From NCBI RefSeq assembly GCF_007827975.1, contig NZ_VITT01000003.1: a DNA stretch of 16,000 nt; one strand, written 5' to 3'. The notes under the pieces are model-generated. The model saw only the letters and a program-made list of their open reading frames with translations. It did no database searches and was not told the DNA's origin. Positions 14,836-16,000 of this stretch are shown here, piece after piece. This DNA comes from Nitrospirillum viridazoti (GTDB lineage Bacteria > Pseudomonadota > Alphaproteobacteria > Azospirillales > Azospirillaceae). How positions within the stretch are numbered: the stretch's first letter is position 1; every line of letters begins with the position of its first letter. The position numbers and the translations under genes were made by a program.

Positions 14836-15405
14836 ATGGGGGCAGCCATGGCGTCGGTGGAAGACGCGATCGCGACTATGGAACGGAACATCGAGGCGGC
14901 GTCGGGGCAGCCGGTGGCCCTGTGGGTGGCGCGCATCCGGGCGCAGGGCCTGACCAAGCACGGGGAAATGGTGACTTGGCTGAAAGCGGAACATGGCTTC
15001 GGCCACGGCTATGCCAACCATGTCGCCAAGCGTGCCTTGGCTGACGCGACACCGCGCTCGGTCGACGATCCCGTGGCGCACTTGTTCGGGGGCAAGGCGG
15101 GGCTGCGCCCCCTTTATGACGCGCTGGTCGCGGCGGTGATGGCTGTCGGGCCCGACGTCGAGGTGGCGCCCAAGAAGGCCAATGTCAGCATCCGCCGGCG
15201 CAAGCAGTTTGCCTTGATCCAGCCGTCGACGCGCACCCGCCTCGACCTGGGCCTGGTGCTGAAGGCCCGTCCGCCGGGAGGCCGGCTGGAGGCGTCGGGC
15301 AGTTTCAACGCCATGTTCACCCACCGGGTGAAGCTGGCGGCCGTGGCCGACGTGGATGCCGAAGTGCTGGGCTGGCTGAAGGAGGCGTACGATGAGGCGG
15401 TTTGA
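14836..15405 (+). CDS. DUF4287 / DUF5655 two-domain protein of unknown function
   Basis: The N-terminal MERNIEAASGQPVALWVARIRAQGLTKHGEMVTWLKAEHGFGHGYANHVA matches my recollection of the DUF4287 signature. The C-terminal half (PKKANVSIRRRKQFALIQPSTRTRLDLGL) resembles DUF5655. Start chosen at ATG 14836 (ACAGGA upstream), with 14782 and 14848 as alternatives. It is divergent from the YafY gene. Confidence 0.8.
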   Translation: MGAAMASVEDAIATMERNIEAASGQPVALWVARIRAQGLTKHGEMVTWLKAEHGFGHGYANHVAKRALADATPRSVDDPVAHLFGGKAGLRPLYDALVAAVMAVGPDVEVAPKKANVSIRRRKQFALIQPSTRTRLDLGLVLKARPPGGRLEASGSFNAMFTHRVKLAAVADVDAEVLGWLKEAYDEAV

Positions 15406-15901
15406 GCGCGGCCTGGCTGCGGCCGCGCTGGCGGTGGCGGCGTTGATGCCCCCGGCGAAGGCGGCGGAGTCGCTGACGGCCCTCTCCTTCCTGGTGGGCG
15501 AGCGGGTTGCCGACTCCGCGCCTGGTGGGCGGCCCAATCAGGGGGGCACGTCGGAAATCAGGCCCGATCTGAACGGCAGCCTGCTGGTGCGCCGCGACCG
15601 CACCCACATGGCTGAGGGCGGCGACCTGGACATGCTCATGACCATGTATGAGGAGGGCGGACGCTTGCGCGCCGATTTCTTCGACACGGCTGGGCACGTC
15701 ATCCACTATCACGTGACGGAATTGGCGCCGGGCCGGCGCGTCCAGTTCACCAGCGATCCGGCGCCGGCAGGCCCCACCTTCCGCCTGACATATGAGGGGC
15801 TGGCGGGCGGCCGCCTGGCCGTCCGGTTCGAGATCGCGCCGCCGGGGCCGCAGCCGTCCTTCACGCTGTTCACCGAGGGGACCTTGTCGCCGGCGCCGTG
15901 A
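15392..15901 (+). CDS. Secreted hypothetical protein (169 aa)
   Basis: Signal peptide MRRFERGLAAAALAVAALMPPAKA/AE. The start overlaps the upstream stop by 14 nt, implying operon coupling. GC3-rich codon usage. No motif recognised. Confidence 0.65.
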   Translation: MRRFERGLAAAALAVAALMPPAKAAESLTALSFLVGERVADSAPGGRPNQGGTSEIRPDLNGSLLVRRDRTHMAEGGDLDMLMTMYEEGGRLRADFFDTAGHVIHYHVTELAPGRRVQFTSDPAPAGPTFRLTYEGLAGGRLAVRFEIAPPGPQPSFTLFTEGTLSPAP

Positions 15902-16000
15902 TGAGTGCTGTCCAGGCGGATCCATCCCCTTCTGCCCCCTTCGGCGCATGCCGCCCGCCCGTCGGCGGCGCTTTGATCCGCCGGGTAGCCTGGGTATACA
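15901..16000 (+). CDS. Possible 5' end of a further operon gene (truncated by window end)
   Basis: ATG at 15901 overlaps the preceding TGA (GTGATGAGT). The frame stays open for 33 codons to the window edge (MSAVQADPSPSAPFGACRPPVGGALIRR...). This is too short to judge, and the codon bias is only moderate. Confidence 0.25.
   Translation, partial: MSAVQADPSPSAPFGACRPPVGGALIRRVAWVY

Noticed and set aside
1-16000. Searched by eye for CRISPR-like spaced repeats, tRNA T-arm signatures (GGTTCGAATCC-like), rRNA, transposase or integrase ORFs, and toxin-antitoxin or defence gene pairs.
   Set aside because: None found. Apart from the 6620-7200 segment, gene content and uniform high GC3 look like core chromosome rather than an accessory island.

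Overview
High-GC (roughly two-thirds G+C by eye) chromosomal segment, almost certainly from an alphaproteobacterium: it carries a GcrA-family cell-cycle regulator, which is restricted to that class. A Rhodospirillales-like origin is only a guess, based on the soluble PAS chemoreceptor and the cytochrome c'. I support 16 protein-coding genes plus one possible partial gene. They are: the 3' part of a soluble PAS methyl-accepting chemotaxis protein, an orphan ABC-type solute-binding protein, a CoxE-like VWA protein, two non-orthologous isocitrate dehydrogenases flanking gcrA, a small ORF of atypical composition, a LOG-family protein, a cytochrome c'/cytochrome b561 pair, a LysM/Ig-like envelope protein, a conserved hypothetical, an FAD monooxygenase, a YafY/WYL regulator divergent from a DUF4287-DUF5655 gene, and an overlapping secreted hypothetical. 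I found no rRNA, tRNA, CRISPR array, transposase, integrase or recognisable defence or toxin genes. The window reads as mostly core housekeeping DNA, and I cannot point to a clearly novel multi-gene system. Four things deserve a second look. (1) The 400-bp gcrA upstream region has a perfect CtrA box, two DnaA-box-like inverted motifs and three clustered GANTC sites. (2) The paired IDH isoforms may differ in cofactor specificity. (3) A low-GC3 orphan ORF is bracketed by stem-loops between gcrA and icd. (4) A WYL-regulator module of unknown function lies at the right end. Several intergenic repeats and palindromes are not explained by the genes. Start codons are uncertain by 10-50 nt for several genes. 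All functional calls rest on motifs recognised by eye in the supplied translations, not on database searches.
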